DNA of 64,000 nt, taken from Kiritimatiellia bacterium (GTDB lineage Bacteria; Verrucomicrobiota; Kiritimatiellia; RFP12; UBA1067). Below, in pieces: positions 60,155-64,000 of the stretch; within the stretch, counting starts at the first letter, position 1; every line of letters starts with the position of its first letter. The translations under genes and the position numbers were made by a program. The DNA lies in assembly GCA_017544725.1 (NCBI GenBank), contig JAFYDR010000158.1, positions 615-64,614 of the forward strand, written 5' to 3'. The notes under the pieces were generated by a model, which made no database searches, was not told the origin of the DNA, and saw only the letters and a program-made list of their open reading frames with translations.

Positions 60155-63100
60155 ATGAATCAGAACGGTAAATGGAAACGATGGATTTGGATCGTAATCG
60201 GACTCGCGTTATTTTTTAGTTCCTCCGATAAATTTTGGGAGATGCTGTCCCGGCTTCCGTGGATTGGAGAACTGTTGAGCAAACATCCGAAACTTACGGG
60301 ATGGATAAAATGGGTACAGTGGATTAGCGGCTCGATTGTGACCGCCTGGCAGACGGTGCGGTTTGTACAGCCGTCCAAGAAAGACATGCCGGGAAAGACG
60401 GAAACCGATCTTTTAGATCAGTACAACATCGAACGCATTCCTCTGGACGTGGGAAAGTCTCCGAAACTGGTTTATCTTTCACCGGATGAATACGCAGGTG
60501 AAAAATCGGCGAGACGCGCGGTAGCAGAACGACTCGCACGGTGGAAGAAAAAGATGAGCGATGTCGTTTTCCTGTACGGTTCGCGTCCATGCGGACGCCG
60601 CGAGACGGTTTGCCGCGCAATTCCAAAAGAACTATATCCGATCTACCAGATACGCTATGAAGGCGAACGCGTCGAAGATTTCGGCAAAGTTATGACAACG
60701 GTCAGGAATTTCGCGGAGAATATCGGTCGTTCCCACGTGACGTTTTTGATCCGTTGTAATCGAACCTTGATGGCGAAAGAGATGGAGGTATTGTACAAGG
60801 AGTGCGAGAAGTTGAAAGAACAGGTGGCGGATTTGACAAAGATCGCGCTTCGGTTGGTCTTCCTCTGCACATGCAACGAGACACTCGGTTCCGAGTATGC
60901 TCATTGGGCGTTTCAGTTTGAGACGTTAAACGCGCAAGAAAGCGAGCGATTCCTAAAAAAAGCCTCTGCGTTGCTGGTTGAGAAAAATGGTTGCGCGGAC
61001 GCCTACGAGTTGGCACAGAAGCGGTATAGCGGACGGCAATTTGACGCAGCGGAGAATTTCGCGCGCGGAAATCCGGCAGAGTTAATCCGTTTTCTGCAAG
61101 TAATCGCGTTTCAGGGTGAATCCCCGAATCCGCTGGATGCCGTGCAGAAGGAGTGGCAGAAGCGATGCCGTTATCTGAACCTGGAGGAGGAATCGCTGCA
61201 TCGAATCTTAGCGGTATTGCATCTGCTCATTGCCTTCTACCAAAAAGGTGTCAAGACCGTTCCCCTTGCCCAGATTCTGGAGGCTACGTTCGGGATCGGA
61301 CGTGGATCGTCCGAGGAAGCAGAAATAAAAAAGGCTCTCGGAGAAATCCTCAGGATGCGCGAAGTTTCGCTCAGTCCTTTTGAATTCCACGATGTTTCCC
61401 TTCCAGATTGTTTCTGCAACCACTTTCTCTTCAGGTGCGGTAAGTTCGGCTGGGAACCGCCGTTCCACGACGAGTGGCAGCTTGTCGTCGATAAACTGTT
61501 CACGCATGAGGAACTGCGAAAAACCGACTACGCCGAAACCTATTGCCGTGCGATGGTGGATGCGGCGATACGCTGCCAGCTGACGGAAGCACTTCCCGGA
61601 GAACGGAACCCATTGCAACTCTACCGTTTGATCGACAGCGTGATCCGCCCAGTCACATTCTCTGGAGATGAGCAGACGAAGAAGACGGCGAATGCGAGAC
61701 GCGAACAAATCTGTTCCGAGCTGTGGGAACTGTGCGCGAAAAAGGTGACCGCATTTCTAGCAGATCGGCTGGACATTCTGGAAACATGGGAGGTCTTCGA
61801 CATCGTTTCGCAGGATCTAGAAGGGTATGTGAAAGATGTCGGACAATGGATTTCCCGTTCTTTGGAGTATGTGTTGTTTCTGGCAGAGGTAGAAGCGGAT
61901 CCATTATGCTGGTGGTGGAATGAAACGGATGAGCATGGAACTGTCAAAAAAATCTCATTTTTACACAGTATGCGTTTCTTGGTAGATGATCTTTTACAGA
62001 AACCAGTACCGCAAAAGACGATCGACAACACATGGGTACTGTGCGGAATTCTGTTGGACTTGCTGAACAACACGGTACTCCGCCCCTTCACTTTTTCCGA
62101 CGAGGCGGAGTGGAGAGCATATCTAGAAAAGGTGCTGACGGAACTGGAACCGCGCCGTTCGAAGGCACTAACAGTCCTTGCGGAAAAGGCGGAGATGTTT
62201 TACTTCCGAACGGAGGATTTCGCCCTTTTCCAGAGCATTGATTTCCACGAGCAACTTGCCGAAGTTTTCTTCCTTTTCGGCTATGTGTTTGCACGAATCA
62301 ACGAGTGTGCTACTGACAAAGATCGGAAGATCGCGATAGACCTTGTGTTTGAGGCGCTACGAGATTGCACCGGACGAACAGCTGACGCATTGCCGTCTGC
62401 CGTGCAACGGGCGATTCAAAGCAGACGATTCACATCCGCTTGGCTGGAAGCGGTTCATTCACAACCCCTAGAGCCGACACCGCAAAAGGTTGAAACACTC
62501 TTCCCCGATTTACAGAAGACGATGGATGAGAAGTCTGCTGAATTTAAGTTGGACGCAGAGAAACAGCCCGCCTTCTTCGTAAACGTCGTGGCAACCGTAG
62601 TAGGGCTGCAAGCACGCTTCCGCGATAACAACCTCTACCGACCGTCATTTGAAATGTCTTGGAAACAAATCAACGAGGCAATTCTCGCATGGCGCTATTT
62701 GTTTACGGACCGCGATTGGTTCAAATTCATGAAATATGTTCAGTTCCAAACACAATTTCTGGCACCGGAAATCCGTGCGGAATACATCCGAATCTGGGAA
62801 GCCGCATTGAAAAAGATACGAGCTTCGGAATCCGGTATTATTCAGATTGCACCAGATGAACTGGCGATGTTCCTTTCTACCTGTACACCCATTATCTGCG
62901 ATCCTGAATGGTCTGTCCGTTTCCAACCAGCGATCACTGACCTCGCCATGACGAGCCAATTCCCGTACCATCTGAACGACGCTTGGAAAGGCGATTGGAT
63001 GCGGTGTGTACTAGTACCGGCCGTGTCTGCGAATCCGTATTCCATTTTCTTCGGCATATTCTCCATCTCGGGGGCGACGCCGCCGAGAGAAAATCACCCA

Positions 63101-63877
63101 TTCTGGGAACTTTCCTCTATCAAGCCGGAGAGTTGGGCTGGGCTGGTAACGAGCGTACAGTGGGCACTCCAAAATGCACAGATAAACCTTTCGGCAACAG
63201 TCGAAAGTTTGCAAAAGACGCAACTCGCCGGTTACCTCCGCGACTGGTCTGTAACGATCCAGTCCATTCTGGTTCCGTTTTTCGATGAGTTGGAAAAACG
63301 GGTTAATCGGGAACTAGAGGCGGTGGTGACAAACGAAGCCCTATCATTTCTGTTGATTCTAAAGGGCGAAGCCGAAAAGGCTGGAGCCGGTGGAGACGAA
63401 ACGGCCCGTATAGCACAGGAGTTTCATTCCCGTCTTGATCAACGATTCACCCAGTTGACTCTAACTCCGGATGACATTCATGAGATGATCGGAATCGATC
63501 CCAATGATCCGCAGTTTCTCGTAAAGTGTTTAGACCGTGTTGAGAAAGCTCCACAGGGTGGGACGATGCCAGCTCTCAAACTCGCCAAGCAACAGATGCC
63601 GATGATTCTCAAGGGACTGCAGGATTGCGATACGGGAACCCTTGAAGAGGAGGAACGTCGGGAATTATCCGAAATGTTGTCATCTTGGTACCATAAAATC
63701 CGAGCTCTCTACGAAGCATTGACGGATGACGCACGAGTACGTGGCGGGCAACAGTGGTACGATGAGCTGATGAAGTCACTCCAAGAATGCCAGGCTTTCG
63801 GCAACATCTACCCCGACTTGTATGCGGAAACTTGCGAGTATGTGAAACGCAAAGGCCGACAGCAATTAAAAGGTTAA
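60155..63877 (+). CDS. Large (1240-aa) membrane-anchored all-helical protein, unknown; possible degenerate P-loop near the N-terminus
   Basis: ATG at 60155 gives MNQNGKWKRWIWIVIGLALFF (TM). The 49-codon extension in the track lies on the repeat element. VVFLYGSRPCGRRETVCRAI resembles a decayed Walker A. The remainder is helical with no motif I recognise. About 50% GC. Confidence 0.55.
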   Translation: MNQNGKWKRWIWIVIGLALFFSSSDKFWEMLSRLPWIGELLSKHPKLTGWIKWVQWISGSIVTAWQTVRFVQPSKKDMPGKTETDLLDQYNIERIPLDVGKSPKLVYLSPDEYAGEKSARRAVAERLARWKKKMSDVVFLYGSRPCGRRETVCRAIPKELYPIYQIRYEGERVEDFGKVMTTVRNFAENIGRSHVTFLIRCNRTLMAKEMEVLYKECEKLKEQVADLTKIALRLVFLCTCNETLGSEYAHWAFQFETLNAQESERFLKKASALLVEKNGCADAYELAQKRYSGRQFDAAENFARGNPAELIRFLQVIAFQGESPNPLDAVQKEWQKRCRYLNLEEESLHRILAVLHLLIAFYQKGVKTVPLAQILEATFGIGRGSSEEAEIKKALGEILRMREVSLSPFEFHDVSLPDCFCNHFLFRCGKFGWEPPFHDEWQLVVDKLFTHEELRKTDYAETYCRAMVDAAIRCQLTEALPGERNPLQLYRLIDSVIRPVTFSGDEQTKKTANARREQICSELWELCAKKVTAFLADRLDILETWEVFDIVSQDLEGYVKDVGQWISRSLEYVLFLAEVEADPLCWWWNETDEHGTVKKISFLHSMRFLVDDLLQKPVPQKTIDNTWVLCGILLDLLNNTVLRPFTFSDEAEWRAYLEKVLTELEPRRSKALTVLAEKAEMFYFRTEDFALFQSIDFHEQLAEVFFLFGYVFARINECATDKDRKIAIDLVFEALRDCTGRTADALPSAVQRAIQSRRFTSAWLEAVHSQPLEPTPQKVETLFPDLQKTMDEKSAEFKLDAEKQPAFFVNVVATVVGLQARFRDNNLYRPSFEMSWKQINEAILAWRYLFTDRDWFKFMKYVQFQTQFLAPEIRAEYIRIWEAALKKIRASESGIIQIAPDELAMFLSTCTPIICDPEWSVRFQPAITDLAMTSQFPYHLNDAWKGDWMRCVLVPAVSANPYSIFFGIFSISGATPPRENHPFWELSSIKPESWAGLVTSVQWALQNAQINLSATVESLQKTQLAGYLRDWSVTIQSILVPFFDELEKRVNRELEAVVTNEALSFLLILKGEAEKAGAGGDETARIAQEFHSRLDQRFTQLTLTPDDIHEMIGIDPNDPQFLVKCLDRVEKAPQGGTMPALKLAKQQMPMILKGLQDCDTGTLEEEERRELSEMLSSWYHKIRALYEALTDDARVRGGQQWYDELMKSLQECQAFGNIYPDLYAETCEYVKRKGRQQLKG

Positions 63878-64000
63878 ATCGCCGCTTTGCGGCTTGAAAT
63901 TGTTGGCGATGCCGCCAGCAACAGTGACGAGAGCCGCAATGAAAAATGAAAAAGAGAAAAAATGAAGAATGAAGGTTGCGTGTCGCTCGTCGTTTGTCGC
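63868..64000. repeat. Composite intergenic word-repeat element (type 1), truncated by the window edge
   Basis: The 35-nt unit overlaps the stop codon. It is followed by caatgaaaaatgaaaaagagaaaaaatgaagaatgaagg and ttgcgtgtcgctcgtcgtttgtcgc, the same part order as 56477-56600. Confidence 0.75.

Noticed and set aside
1-64000. Mobile-element hallmarks (transposase, integrase, tRNA attachment site, long terminal inverted or direct repeats) delimiting the island
   Set aside because: None were recognised on either strand. The island boundaries are inferred only from composition and the intergenic repeat elements.

Overview
Bacterial window with mosaic composition. Spot GC counts on single 60-nt lines: 65% at 5101, 73% at 24601, 45% at 17101, 37% at 41401. 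I recognised no rRNA, tRNA, CRISPR array, transposase, integrase or reverse transcriptase. All domain calls rest on motif recognition by eye and on ORF-track translations; no searches were run.

(1) 1-16.4 kb is high-GC and core-like. It holds a minus-strand sugar-utilisation cluster: two DUF2961/GH172-like proteins, an FGGY kinase, an MFS sugar porter and a GntR-HTH/LacI-type regulator. It also holds a 1324-aa triple-LamG secreted protein, an AlbA_2/Schlafen-like DNA-binding protein, an MBL hydrolase, a DedA protein and an NTase-like cassette.

(2) 17.1-23.4 kb is a lower-GC plus-strand operon led by a divergent sigma-70/ECF-like factor. It encodes a membrane-anchored papain-like (C1) peptidase and a coiled-coil DUF4384 protein.

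(3) 23.9-54.6 kb is an uninterrupted 30-kb minus-strand array and the main candidate novel system. It contains:
- four paralogous caspase(C14)-zinc-ribbon-FGE-sulfatase-domain (FGS) proteins whose linkers or loops carry different borrowed modules (coiled coil, RodZ-like HTH, an acyl-carrier-protein insert, TM+LysM);
- one stand-alone caspase;
- four tandem paralogous membrane-anchored TRAFAC-like P-loop GTPases, one fused to an FGS domain;
- three exported repeat proteins;
- a 5.5-kb module of two MIT-like+AAA (Vps4-like) ATPases, three Snf7/ESCRT-III-like helical proteins and a polytopic membrane protein.

(4) 54.9-64 kb holds a double-DUF3592 membrane protein, a MacAB-like adaptor/ATPase/permease operon and a 1240-aa membrane-anchored helical protein.

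Many cassette boundaries carry an unusual family of composite intergenic elements built from GC hairpins plus runs of short degenerate words. Host is probably a PVC-type bacterium, judged from LamG-rich secreted proteins and high-GC core genes (low-confidence inference).
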